Shown: piece by piece, positions 38,335 to 51,060 of the stretch
Layout of the letters: each line of letters opens with the position of its first letter
Position numbering within the stretch: position 1 is the stretch's first letter
DNA from: Narcine bancroftii
Taxonomy: Eukaryota
Length of the DNA stretch: 64,000 nt
Direction of reading: 5' to 3'
Assembly: GCF_036971445.1 (NCBI RefSeq)
Contig: NC_091469.1
Coordinates: forward strand, 294,810,001-294,874,000
The notes under the pieces: model-generated
Told to the model about the DNA's origin: nothing
Database searches by the model: none
What the model saw: the letters and a program-made list of their open reading frames with translations, nothing else
Made by a program: the position numbers and the translations under genes

Positions 38335-38705
38335 CTTGCAGGCTGCAGAAGGACATTCAGCCCATCTTGCCAATGCTAGGCCATTGAAAGGAACAAAATG
38401 GTCTCATCATGTCTGTTTCCCTGAAGCCCTACTGTGTTTTTTTTTTTTAACTTTTGCATTGCGTCTGGATACTTCTGTCAATATGTCAGGCAGAGAGTTC
38501 CAAACAGTCACCTTTTCTGGTTCCTTTTGCAGATTATATTTGACCCTCCTCACACCCATGACAAACAATTCATCCCTATCAAAATCCTTCAATTTAATTA
38601 AATCTGCACAGAACATTTTGCGAGAAATCTTGGCCTTTCCAGACCCTTCGCCTCTCATTAACCATATAACCATATTCTTGGTGCTGTTGGGGTAAATCCT
38701 CTCCA
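38335..38705 (-). mobile_element. CR1 3' fragment, degraded
   Basis: ADLIKLKDFDRDELF...VTVWNSLP in ORF 38407-38835. Confidence 0.65.
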
Positions 38706-39076
38706 ATGCTTTGAAATTGCTCCCAACGTTCTGGGTGTCACACTCTACCTGAGACATCAACTTTGTTTTAGAAATCTTCATTTCTGACCCACCGCTGGTG
38801 TGAGCGAGAACTAGCAACCGCATCATGCACTGCACTGCCTGCCAAAGCTGCTGATGAACATCTCATAGGGGCTCAGTGAGTTTCACTTGCTGGCTATCGG
38901 GGGAATGGTAATGAAACCTGATCATTTGTTAGATTTCAGGTAATTAAGATATATGCTTTGAAATGTACTTAACAGTTTATATTTTTTTAAATATTCCTTT
39001 GTATTTTATTGTTGACTGTCTCCAGCTCAGCACCGTTGATGTGGACGGGTGAGTGAGCTTTACCCCTCCTCTGGAG

Positions 39077-39295
39077 GGCAGCATGGTTGGCGTAGCAGTT
39101 AGCGCCAACGCCTTTACAGCACCAACGATGGGGACCGGACCGGTGTTCGAATCCCACACTGTCTGTAAGGAGTTTGTACATTCTCCCCACGACTGCGTGG
39201 GTTTTCTCCCACCATTCAAAGCATACCGAGGGTTAATTGGGCAGCACAGACTTGTAGGCTGAATTGCCTGTTACCGTGTTGTATATCTAAATTTT
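39077..39295 (+). mobile_element. tRNA-derived SINE (V-SINE/HE1-like)
   Basis: A-box-like TGGCGTAGCAGTTAG, B box GTTCGAATCC (39145-39154), core GGAGTTTGTACATTCTCCCC..TGCGTGGGTTT, CR1-like tail. Confidence 0.85.
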
Positions 39296-39309
39296 TAAAA
39301 AAATTAACC

Positions 39310-41120
39310 TTAAGTCTGTTACCGGCTCTTTGGTCTTGCTGACATTGAGAGAGTGGTTGTTGTCCTGGCACCTCGCGTCCCATTATCTTGTTTATGCTCC
39401 AATTCATTGTTCATTTGCTGTGTATAACTACGCAGTTGCAGATGTACAAACAGAATCCCAGAGGACTGTGTACACAGCCTTGTACACAGCCTTAGCTGCC
39501 CCAGTCTTGAGACCGATCCTGGAGGAGTGCTGTCACCTGTCCTCGCTGATTGAGGACTGCAGAATAGAAAGTCTTGGATCCATTTGCAGAGAGGGGTGCA
39601 GAGACTAAGGTCACGTTGCCTGGAAATTTGTTTACTTGGTACTCTTGTGTTAAAAGCAACTGCTAGTTGTGTGACTGGCAAACTAACGGTGAGGGACGCC
39701 AAATTTTAAACTTCCGGATTTGAGTTTTCCACGATTTTATTTTGTTTTTTGAGATTGCTTGAGGCTGCCATTTGCTTGAATTCCGGCTCGCAGCGGCTTT
39801 GATTGTGTCACAAAGTTATGGGAAGAAGAAGAAGAAGCAGACGTGTGCTTGTTTGTACAAGAGAAAAAAAAAGCTATTTGCTTCAATTAAAGAATAGTCT
39901 GACATTGATGTCCTTGTTGTCAGGGTCCAGGCCTGAGCATTAGACTGGGGAGAAGGCATCTGCTGTGGACCTCTTATGGGGCTATGTGAACTAGTGGCTG
40001 ATCAACCTCTCAAAACACTGTGTGATGGTGGATATTCATATAGCCGCGTCACTGCATTCTTTGGCACTGGGATGATGGTGGCCTTCTTGAAACAGGTGGA
40101 GAGAGGTTGAAGATATCTGTGAATGAAGAAAGTAGTTGGTCTTCACAGTCATGGAGTAAACATCTAGGGCTTCTGCCTGGTCCAATTAATTTCTGCAGGT
40201 TCACTCTCTGGAAGGCCGATCTAACATCTGCGGCAGTGACCGTGGTTATGGATTTTGCTCGAGGAAGAAGGGATGTGTTCTACTAGCTCGCTGGCTTCTT
40301 CCTTGAGATCATCCAGAAGGAATGCACTGTTGTTTGTTTGTCCAGCTTTGCTTTGTAGATAGTGGAGGCAAGCATGCATGCCCCTCCATAAATTCTCGTG
40401 AGGCTCGTCTGCGACTCGAGTTAAGTTCAGTGTTGCCTCCTGGCATCCCTGACTGCCTTGCATGGGCCGTATTTGACTTCCTTGCATGAGGATGAATCGC
40501 CTGATGTGTGCCACATTTTTGCCCTTCAGAAGTGAATGTACTTCACCGTTCAGCCATGGTTTTGGGTTGGGAGCACGCGGATCGTCCTCTTGGGCGTGCA
40601 ATCCTCTGCACACTTATTGATGAAGTCCATGATGGTGATGGTGCACTCATTAAGAGTGGGTTGCAGAACCCTTGAATACAGACCAGCTCACTCAAAGCAG
40701 TTGCATTGGATGTCATCTGCCTCCTTGGCTAGCACGACTTTTACCACTGGACCCTCATGTTCCGCTTCTGCTCGTAGGCAGGTAGAAGTAGCATTGAGTG
40801 GTGGTCTGATTTTCCAAAGTGTGGTTGAGGGTCAGAGCAGTAGGCAGTTTTGATAGATGTGCAGCTGTGGTTGAGGATGACTGGTGGAATAGGTGATTTT
40901 CTGGTAAATTTTTGGCAGTCTGCTCTTGGTTGAAGTCTCCGGCTAAGACAAACACAGCTTCTGGGGTGTTTCATTTCAAGGCTTATGAAAAAGGTGAATA
41001 ATTTATCCAGTTCTGGTTTCATGTTCGCCTGGGGTTGGATGTAGATTACTGTCAGCATTGCTATGGTAAGTTCCCATGCCAGGTAGTAGAATTTCTGAGT
41101 ATCAAAAATATTAAATTTCA
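39310..41120 (-). mobile_element. Rex/Babar-type LINE (endonuclease to RT), fragmented
   Basis: VIYIQPQAN..PQPHFGKSDH (APE endonuclease), PNPKPWLNGEV and LCTPLCKWIQDFL fragments; interrupted at ~39600-39895. Confidence 0.75.
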
Positions 41121-41404
41121 TTCACAGCTTGAACAGATGGTTTTGATGTTCTTCAGTAGTCAGGAAGAAACCTTATCAATAGTCCCATTGAGTATAGATT
41201 TACTGGAAAGCAGTCTGTTCTACATGACTTGAAAGAGGATAAACTGTCCCATAAATCCAACAGATGATGACAAGCCTGGAATTCCCCATGACAAAACCCA
41301 GTAACTTCACCATCCAATCTTATCTGACGGAGAGTTCACAGCTGAAGTCATGGGTAAGAGCTTGACTTTTCCCCCACTGTCTGACATTCGCAAGTCACAT
41401 CCAG

Positions 41405-42010
41405 CACTGTACTCGGGTATCATATCAGGTATCGTGAAAAAAACACGTCAGCATCTCTACTTCCACAGGAGTTTGCAGATGTTTGGCATGAGACCAGAAA
41501 CCTTGGCAAAGTTCTACTGAGAAGTGGTGGCAAGTGTGCTGATCGGCTGCATCATTGTCTGGTATGGGGACTCCAATACCTCTAAGAGGAAAAGGTAGTG
41601 GACACAGCCCAGGGCATCACGGGTAAAACCTTCCCCACCATTGAGAAAATTACAGGGAACGCTGCCGTCAGAGAGCAGCAGTAAGCATCAAGGATCCACA
41701 CCACCCAGCACACACTCTGTTCTCGCTGTTGCCATAAGGAAAGAAGAATAGGTGCCACAAGACTCTCACCAGGTTCAGGAACAGCTGCTACCCCTTCACC
41801 ATCAGACCCATCAACAACAAACTCAATCAGGGACTTGTTTAAGGACTCTTGCGTGTGGACTTTACTGTATTGTAGTTAGTTTATTTACATTCGTTATCTG
41901 TACCAATTAGTAGTAATTCTGCTGTGCCTGCAGGAAAAATGAATCTCATTTTCACAAATCTCATTTGTGATGTCATGTATGTACTTGACAATAAATCTGA
42001 ATCTGAATCT
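41405..42010 (+). mobile_element. Rex/Babar-type LINE 3' fragment
   Basis: IKDPHHPAHTLFSLLP-type segment; tail caataaatctgaatctgaatct. Confidence 0.8.
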
Positions 42011-42675
42011 AAGGTTCTTGAATCCACTGTGATACCAGCCCCCGGCCCGTCCAAGAGACCAGACTGGGCCTGTACCCAGATATGGGAACTAGAGACTAGT
42101 CTGGGTCCCAGGACACATTCTTGGCTGGACAAAACTCACTGACACTAATTGCAATTTTAAGGATCCTTTATCATTGAACTTTAAACTCTGCTCTTTGAAC
42201 TCTGCTGTACTTTTCTCCCCAGATGTTACTCTTGTCCATGGATGTGACCTTGAGGGATTCCTAGATGAAGCCTATCCTATATTTATAGGGGCATAATGTT
42301 TCCAGCTGCAAATCCAAAGGAATGAGAAATATTTGCCCTCTGAGTATAAACCGGCTAGAGCCAAACTTTTAATTAAAGCAAATAGCTTTTTTTTTCTCTC
42401 TAAAAAGGCTGGATTGACACCTTTAGAACGTTATAATAAATTTTAGGAATAGCAGACTTTCGTGTATTACACCTATCCCTTCGTGTTAGAATACAACTTA
42501 GGAATTTTTTCTTGAACCCTACTGTAAAGTAATGAGTGTTGCTAAAGGGATGAAAGCTGGACTTTCAGGGTAAGGTTATACTATAGGTTTTATTGGAATA
42601 AATAGCATGTCGAAAAATCTGCTCCAAAAGTTCGAGTACAACTTTTTGTTTTTTTAAAAAAATGTCCGACTTACA

Positions 42676-42915
42676 TTTGGTGTAACGATTAGCGCTACGC
42701 CTTTACAGCGCCAGCAATTGGAACCGGGGTTTGATTCCCGCATTATCTGTAAAGGCGTTTGTACATTCTCCCCATGTCTGCTTGGGTTTTCCCCGAGGCC
42801 TTTGGTTTCCTCCCACCATTCAAAACATACCGGGGAGGGTGGGTAGGTTAATTGGGTGTAAAATTGGCCAGCACAGACCCGAGAGCCAAAATAACCTGTT
42901 ACCATGCTGCATCTC
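42676..42915 (+). mobile_element. tRNA-derived SINE, same family
   Basis: B box GGTTTGATTCC; core TTTGTACATTCTCCCCATGTCTGCTTGGGTTTT. Confidence 0.85.
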
Positions 42916-43499
42916 TCAAAAAATATTTATTAAATTTACTCAATCGGGGAACTTGTTCTTCTATTTGCAAAATGTATGTGCATCAAATTGCTTTTCCTCC
43001 AAGCTTTATAAAATTGAATCATTTAGTCCATATCAGAACATCGCGTTCTTGTGATTTTTTTTTTAAAGAGTTCTGCACTCAGCTCTGGAACATTGAACTG
43101 CTAAAACTTTTTTTTAAGAGTTTGCAGTTGATCATTTGGCAGTGCTTCTCATGTCCTTGTTTTGCAGCCATCATGAATTGTGAGCTTTGCACATGAATTA
43201 ATTTTACCTGCAGCAAAATCCATCTTCATGTACCATCCATAGCATGAAGTTTATGGCTCTGAAGGTGATTCAACCCATCTGCGTTCACTAGCAGCCTTTA
43301 AAAACTCTCCAGATCATCCCATTCCAGCCTTATCTCCATTGCCCATGGAATTTAAATTTTATTGAAATAAACATGCCACAAAATTTATGGTTTTGCAGCA
43401 GCAAGATAGTGCAAATGTGGCTATGAAATTGCATTTAAAAGTAAATGCAGTGCTCTCCATTATGTATGGAACAGAGGCACATTTTTCCTTTATTTGTCC

Positions 43500-44265
43500 T
43501 TGTGCTCCACAGTATTAAATTTGTCATCTAACAATGCACGTGTGTTGAAAATGCACATTCAAAGTTATTTGCATTCATTTTGATTTGACCATGTAGAAAT
43601 TACACCACCATTGTTCCCTCATTTCAGGCGACCATAACATTTAGGACATTTGGCTTCACAGGTGTTTGTGAGTACTCACATATATTTAATTGCTTCACTG
43701 GTGCAGGTATAAGAAAGCCAGGCTTGCTTCTATGCTTTTGATCACCTTTGGAGTCTGTAGTTGCCATTTTTCAGTATGAGGATCAAAGTGGTGCCAATGG
43801 AAGTCAAAGCAGCTAACAATAAAGCGGGAAGAGACGTCGCCCAAGTCCAAGGATGACCAAAATCAACTGTTTGGAACAAAGAGCCTTCTGGTGAACTCAT
43901 TGCAAAGGGGCGGGTATTCCAAGGAAGATCCTCCACTGCTGACAGAAAAAATTTCATCATAATGAAGAAAAAGCCTCAAACGTGTCTGACAGAACAGAAA
44001 CCCTCTTGAGGAGGCAGGTCAATGACCACTGTCCTCAGAAGACTTCATGAACAGAAATATAGAGGCTACACTGAAAGATGCATACCATTAGCCACAGAAA
44101 GGATGGCCAGATTGCAGTTTGCCAAGAAATATTTAAAAAGAGTCTGCAGAATTCTGGAAAAAGGTCTTGTGGACAGATGAGACCAAGATTAACCTGTATC
44201 AGAGTGATGGCAAGAGCAAAGTGTGGAGGTGTAAAGGATTACCCAAGATCCAAAGCTTACCACCT
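43500..44265 (+). mobile_element. Tc1-like transposase remnant
   Basis: ~44152-44228 reads FWKKVLWTDETKINLYQSDGKSKVWR (first catalytic D of the Tc1 DD34E domain); upstream frames are broken. Confidence 0.8.
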
Positions 44266-44339
44266 TTGCCATAGTTTGCATCCAACGAGTACAGTTATAT
44301 TTGTCAACCTTATCTAAAGCTGTCAAAATCTTGAACAGC

Positions 44340-44790
44340 AATGCACAAAGGTGCTGGAACAACTCAGCAAATCACAGAGCATCTATTGGAAGTAAAGGGT
44401 AACCAACATTTTGGGCCTGAGCCATTCATCAAGGTTCCAGCAAAAAGTAGGCGAGTGCTTGAAAACGTTTGGGGAGAGGAGAGAGGAATGGGCAGGGGGA
44501 GGAGTTTAGGCTGACAGGTAGGAGGTCATAGGTGGATATGGGTGGGGAGGTAGGAGAAAAAATCCAAGTGATGGGAAGAGGAGGTAGCTCTCTGAATGGA
44601 GAGGGAAGTGAGTGGGGAGCTGGACGAAAGGAGACAAAGGGATGGGGAAAGAGAGGCTCGGGACAGCAGTTTAACGGAAACTGGAGGTCGGTGTTAATAC
44701 TGTCTGGTTGGAGAGTGCCCAGATGGAATATTACGTGCCATTCTTCCAATTTGCCGGTGGCCTCGGAATGACAGTGCATGAGACCATGGA
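44340..44790 (-). mobile_element. Penelope-like element 3' fragment
   Basis: KLEEWHVIFHLGTLQPDSINTD; same pLTR end as 36673-36780. Confidence 0.8.
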
Positions 44791-45501
44791 TAAAAAGGTC
44801 GGTGTGGACATGTCTTGTACAGCTCTGTCAAATCTCCCCTCAACATCCTTTGTTCCAAGGAGATGAATTCGTGTTTCTCCAACATAATCTCCCAGCTAAA
44901 GTACATGAAACCATTCTGGTAAATTTCCCCTGTATTGTCTCAAGCACTTGCATGTTCTTCATGAAGTATTAATGTTGTTAATTTATCTAAAAGTGCCTCA
45001 AAGGGGAGCAGATGATTGTGACTCTTCTCTATGCTTTTGGATGAACTCTGCAGCATGTTAAATTTGTTTTTTTGTTTTATTGACATGAAATGATTTCTCT
45101 TTCTAAGAATTCGTTTTTGGCAAAATTGGTACATTGCAAATCTCAGTACAAAACAAAAAGTAGAAAAATTATATCACATTGATTAAATATACTTCTAAGA
45201 TAAGTGCCTCAAAATTCCTCCTCTTCCAGGTGACACTGGTGATTTCATGGCTTAGTAACATGTTTTTACTTTGAAATTCAGTTCAATTGTCGTCACAAGA
45301 ATAACTTTGGAGGCCAAAATTCCCAATTGAAGTTGAACTTCTCGGCACCATAATATTTTTGCTGGATTAAAATAAATGATGAACACCAACAGTATCTCAA
45401 ACACTTCATGTATGATGATGTGTAAATTCCTTAATTCCTCAGCCAAGATGTCACTATTGTGTGCCAAGACCAATCTGCGTTGAACAAGCTGGCTTATGCA
45501 G

Positions 45502-45812
45502 AAATGTTCAATCCAGTCCAAAATGTTCAATCCAGTCCAAACTGTTCAATCCAGTCCAAACTGTTCAATCCAGTCCAAACTGTTCAATCCAGTCCAAACT
45601 GTTCAATCCAGTCCAAAATGTTCAATCCAGTCCAAAATGTTCAATCCAGTCCAAAATGTTCAATCCAGTCCAAAATGTTCAATCCAGTCCAAAATGTTCA
45701 ATCCAGTCCAAAATGTTCAATCCAGTCCAAAATGTTCAATCCAGTCCAAAATGTTCAATCCAGTCCAAAATGTTCAATCCAGTCCAAAATGTTCAATCCA
45801 GTCCAAAATGTT
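45502..45812. repeat. 19-bp minisatellite, 16 full units plus 7 nt
   Basis: Unit AA(A/C)TGTTCAATCCAGTCCA; units 3-6 carry C, the others A. Confidence 0.98.
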
Positions 45813-45978
45813 AGTTATATAGTTCCTGAATGCCATACTTATGAATGCAATATATGTGGTGTGTCAAAATAGGATATGCAATGCTTAATTTATTGCAGCA
45901 TAACAAGGTTTGTGAATTCTGATACCCTGGTATATTAACTAATGGTTTTCTGGAAAATGTTGTGGGTTTTTTTTCCAG

Positions 45979-46065
45979 ATGATAGACTGTAATACTGTTG
46001 GAATCTCAGATTTGAATTTCACCTCGGAATTCTCGCTGGAGATAACCAAGGATCACGAGTGTGTG
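45979..46065 (+). CDS. PRMT3: PRMT3-like internal coding exon C (87 nt, phase 0 to 0)
   Basis: Acceptor ttttttttccAG|ATG; reads MIDCNTVGISDLNFTSEFSLEITKDHECV; donor GTG|GTGAGT. Resembles the PRMT3 beta-barrel segment (IDC..ISDL.F.S.F.L.IT) that follows exon B. Confidence 0.9.
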
Positions 46066-49000
46066 GTGAGTTGGTGAACTTTAACTGAGAAAAATCTGAC
46101 CAATAAAATCAGGACTTGATTAAGTAAATATGATTTTTTTTTAAATTGAAAATAACGGTCTCCTTTGTTTATTGGATAGTTGTAATTTACCGGTCAAGTC
46201 CATTTGTTAATTGCTTTCCAACTGTACCTGCAAGGGCCATGCATCAAATAGATGGGGAAAGGGGAGCCATACATCTTTCCTCTTAATATATGAGGGTTTA
46301 TGGGTGTGCTCACGTTCACATGTTACATGATGTTAAAGACACATGCAGTTACTGGATCAACTTATGAGTCCATTGACAACAATTCTTTACATTCTGTAAT
46401 TGCTTGAGTTATTTCCTTCCTACTTATTGAAAAATGTAGTTAATAAATTGAACCATTGTGCAGTACATTTTTTACAATGTCTGTTGCAGATTGTTCACTT
46501 TCATATCTGTCAACGTATCTGGCAATGATTTGAACAAGGTCATAGTTAATCCTCACCATGGATTTTACTCTTCCAACAAATGTGATACAATTTTTCTATA
46601 ATTTCACAATGTGTGAGAGGTGCATTCATAATCTCTCATCCAAAGTGGTTGTTGTTTAAGACAAAGGTTTACACTTTGAACCAAAGTATAATTGCAAAGC
46701 TAGTTTTTGCTTCTCAGTGGCTGTGTAACGTCCTTAATGTCTCACCATTGTAGAGCGTGGACAGAATGTTGTAAAATTCTGGTTTTAATCATTGAAATTA
46801 CTTATTTGCTTTTGAAAGGGTAAAATGAAGGAAAATTCTGCTCTTACTTTTTTCATGAAATTTTGTGATGCCTCAACTAAGGCAAGCATGTCCATTGCCT
46901 CTTCACCAACCCATCCACCTGTGTCACCATTTTGGGGAACTATGAATGCAACCCAAAAGTTCTCTGTGATCAACACTCACAAGCTTCCTGTCTGTGTTTG
47001 GCTTCCCAAAATGCATGAGCTCACATTTGTCTGGGTTAATGCCTTACTTAGCCTGTGATTTTCCTTTTAACAAGGGACCTCTAGAATGTGGCTGGAGCAC
47101 TTGAGTTACATTAAACTTGCACAGAGTAAGAACTGAAAGGGGAGAGCATCCAACCCAATCTTGTTACTTCATCAGATGTAGGAAGAGAGATCAATTTGTG
47201 CATAATGATGGTCTTGGCCCTCACTCCAGCCCTTAAGCCAATGCCTTTCAGATACAAGGTGTTTCATCCTTTTGTGCTGCGGAAATCTCCTTTCCAGAAT
47301 AAGGTCAACCATGTGTCCTTATAATGAGCTAAAAATTGTAAAGGAACTTGGTCAGGGAATGGATGTTGAAAGGAATAGATTATGTAAGTCCAGGTATGTT
47401 ACTTTGCACGTGCTCTGGAGCATAAAAGAAATGAGCGAGCAAATCTTGATAGGAAACCTTACAGCCTCATGTTGCATACACAGACATGACTGTGTTTGTG
47501 TGAAGTAAAGCAATTTTCATAAATTGTGGTGATAGACAGAAAATGTGTTGAAAGTGACTTGCAGGTCATGCAGTGTCTCGGGAGAGAGAAAAACACAGTT
47601 ATTGTTCAAATGAGATGTTTTCAAATGGATTCTATTCTTGTAAGTTGACACTTTTAAAGGGAAACATTGATGAGTAGGTTAAATCATGATAAAGTATAGA
47701 CAAAGACATTGAAAAGTTCCTGAATTTTTGAGACCTCTCAATTATGATTTTTACACAGAAATAAAGAAAAAATTATGTAAAAAAAAAAAAAAAAAAAAAT
47801 CTGCATGCTTACCTCTGGAGTTGGTTGTTTACCCAGGAAGAAATCTTACACTGCCTTCCTGTGTTGTCGAGTTTGTTGGAGGGTGAACGTCATATTCATT
47901 AGCCCAGTTTCCTACGAAGTGCCTGCGGTCAATTTAGACTGCAGCCGCACCATAAAAATGTGTAGGGGTTTTGGAAAAATGACGGGATGGAATGTAGCAA
48001 ATTGCTTCTCAGTGGCTGTGTAAAAAATGCCTAATGTCTCACCATTGTAGAGCGCTGACAGAATATTGTAAAATTCCAGTTTTGATCATTGAAATTACTT
48101 GTTTACCTTTGAAAGGGTAGAATGCAGGAAGACCCTCCTCAGCAACTTTTTTTCATGAAATTTATGATAAAGTGGATTTTGAAAAGTTTGTCAAATTATA
48201 AATTCAATAGCATAAAAACCTTTTTTTGCCCTATGCTCTGTTTTAGTCTATTTAGTATTTTGGAATAAATGTGAGAAATGAAGCCAAGGGAGCAGAAATT
48301 CCAACATTGGGCATATCATTGAGGCTTGAACTGCTTTTGATCTCCCGCATTCCATGAAATTTCATAAAGTAATCACATCCACATTCGCAGATGTACCGAT
48401 AAAATGTAAAAAAGTAAAACATTAAAATCTGCAGACACTGGGCAAGTGCCCCAACAAAATGGTAGGGAGTCGGGATGCCTGCTGACATTTTTCCATACCT
48501 TGGGGAAGGACTCAAGCGAATATTTTTTACCTTTGCTGTATAAAGTACACTGTTTGACCTGCTGAGTTTCTCCAGCGTTATTTTTACAGCTAAAATTTGC
48601 TTTGTGATGCCCATTTATTTTTGCACATAAATACCACTTACTTATCAGCAATTGAGGCCACAGAGAATTGCAGATGGTTTTAGGATGAATGCTTGCATTG
48701 TACATCAATCCTACTTAATTCATGACCATTATTGTACTAGAGATCATGATTAGATTATGATGTGTCAATTGAATTTCCATTATTGATAACTTGTTCTCTT
48801 TTTAATGGAATTGATAATTTATCATCTTTGTGATGTATACTGTAATGGATAAAAATGCTTTTGTAAGCTTCCCAGTGGGAAACAACGTCTTAAAAGCCTG
48901 GGCAAAGGGCTCAGGCTTCCTATAGATGCTGCATGACCTGCTGAGTTTCTCCAGTACATTTATGTGTATTTTATCATTTAGTCCACTTTCATTTTGTCTT

Positions 49001-49774
49001 TGAGGCCTCATTGATCTATTGAAACTTCCTGATTCCAGAGCTGGCACAAGGGGCCATATTCTATATCCTTTTCTTATGGAGAAGGGGTCCTGTTTGTTGA
49101 ATTGAACAAAATGGATTTATTATACTAACTGCTTGGGAGCTCTACGAAATCTGTCCTATAAATGTACAGGTGAACAGAAATGGGAAAGTTATCGAAACAA
49201 GTTCCAACCGTCATTGTTTCAAAATATTAATTACATCTGAATCAGTATTTGCAACCTAAATAAAATCAACTTCCCATTCATCATTCCTAATTCATGTCCA
49301 CTGGACAGTGAAGGGATTGAATTTTTGTCTGATTCAAAAACCACATTCACTTATGCATGGAAGGTGGCTATTCAAGTCAAAGCAGAATTGCAGTACAGCC
49401 ACTGTTCTCCCCAACATTTCCTACAGATCCTACCACTCATCTACACACTATAGGAAATTCGCAATAACCGGTTCTCAACCTGCATATCTTTGGGATATGG
49501 GCGGAAGAGGAGCCCCACTTGTTCACAGGAGAATTGCAGACCTCGCACAAACAAAACCAGAGGTCAGGATTGAACTGTGACGCAATAGTTCTACTAGCTG
49601 TGGCATTGGGCTGCCCTATGCATTGACCTCTCTCAATCTCCTGACTGGGATTGGGATTCATTTGATTCAGTCGGGAGATTGAAGTTGGTATCATTAGTGC
49701 GGTTCACGAACAACGTCACATACATACCTACCTTCCTTATTTATCTGCATGGAGTTTAAAGCCAATATGAGTGA

Positions 49775-51060
49775 AATATGGAAGCCTGCAGATGCTGTGA
49801 TTGGAATAAAAACCCACAGAAATGCTTGAGGAACTCAGCTGGTCTCGAAGCACCCAGAGGAGGTATACATTTCTGACATTTTCAGCCTGAGGCCTTCCGT
49901 CAGCATATAAGCAAAATGCAGGCAGGTGTCTGAATAAAGACTGGGTGGAGAGAAAGGGGGGAAGAACGGAAAGGTGTGGAGTCCAGACCAACAGACAAAA
50001 GGTATGGTGAGAGGAAAGGTGAGAATTGATTTTGGCTCTATTAAAGGAAACATGGAAGGAGGAGTCAGAAAAGGAAACCGGGGACGAAGATGGGATACGT
50101 TGGGGTGGGGGCTAACGGAAGCCGGAAATATCAATGTTAATGCCATCTGGTTGGAGGGTGCCCAGACGGAAGATGAGGTGTGTTCCTCCAATTTGCAGGT
50201 GGTCTCAGTGCACGAGACCAGACCATGGGCAGATATGTTGGCAAGTGAATGGGAGGGGAACTTTAAATGAATGGCCACTGGTAATGCCACCCTATTGCAG
50301 CAGAAAGAGCCAAGATGCTCAATGGAGCGATCCCCCAGTCTGCACCCAGCCTCTCCAATGTAGAGGAGACCACAACAGGAACACCGGATGCAGTAGGTGA
50401 CCCCTGCAGATTCACAAGTGAAGTCTTGCTTCTCTTGGAAGGACTGTTTTTGGTCACGAATAGTGGTGAGGGAGGACGTGTGGGTGCAAGTGGAGCATCT
50501 GCTGCAGTCACAGGTGTAGGTGCCAGGGGGCTAATTGGTGGGGAGGCAGGAGAGGATGAGGGAGTAACAGAGGGAGCGATCTCTGTAGAAGGCTAACAGG
50601 ATAGGAGAGCAGAATATGTGTCTGGTAGGAGGTATCACATAGTAGATGGAGGAAATGGTAGAGGTGGATATATTGGATATGAAAGCTGGTGGGGTGGTAG
50701 GTGAGGACAAGGGAATCCTGTCCTTGTTACACGAAGGGTGGGGGGTGGGGTCAGGGCAGATGTGAGCATATGCTGGTGAGGGCTGAGTTGATGGTGAGAG
50801 AGGATAAGTCATGTTGTTTGAAAAAGGCGGACATCTCTGATGATCTGGCACTGAAGACCTCATCCTTGGAACAGATGCGACAGAAACGGAGGAATTGAGA
50901 GAAAGGAATGGAATCCTTACAGGGGACAGGGTGAGAAGAGGTGTAGTCGAAGGAGCCGTGGGAGTTGGTGGGTTCGTAGAATATGTCTGTGGAGACTTTG
51001 TTTCCCGAGATAGAAACCGAGAGATTGAGAAAAGTGAGAGTGTTGCTTGAGATTATCCAA
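49775..51060 (-). mobile_element. Penelope-like element (RT C-terminus to 3' pseudo-LTR), degraded
   Basis: ORF 50751-51221 FLNLSVS..STDIFYEPTNSHGSFDYTSSHPVPCKDSIPFSQFLRFCRICS is typical PLE RT thumb sequence; GIY-YIG-region remnants and a pLTR follow. Confidence 0.88.

Noticed and set aside
39077-39160. tRNA gene
   Set aside because: A/B boxes belong to a SINE head; no cloverleaf, and the SINE core follows directly.
45459-45872. Three overlapping repetitive ORFs (MFNPVQNVQSSPKCSIQSK)n; also CRISPR-like at first glance
   Set aside because: By-product of a stop-free 19-bp tandem unit; no spacers, vertebrate context.
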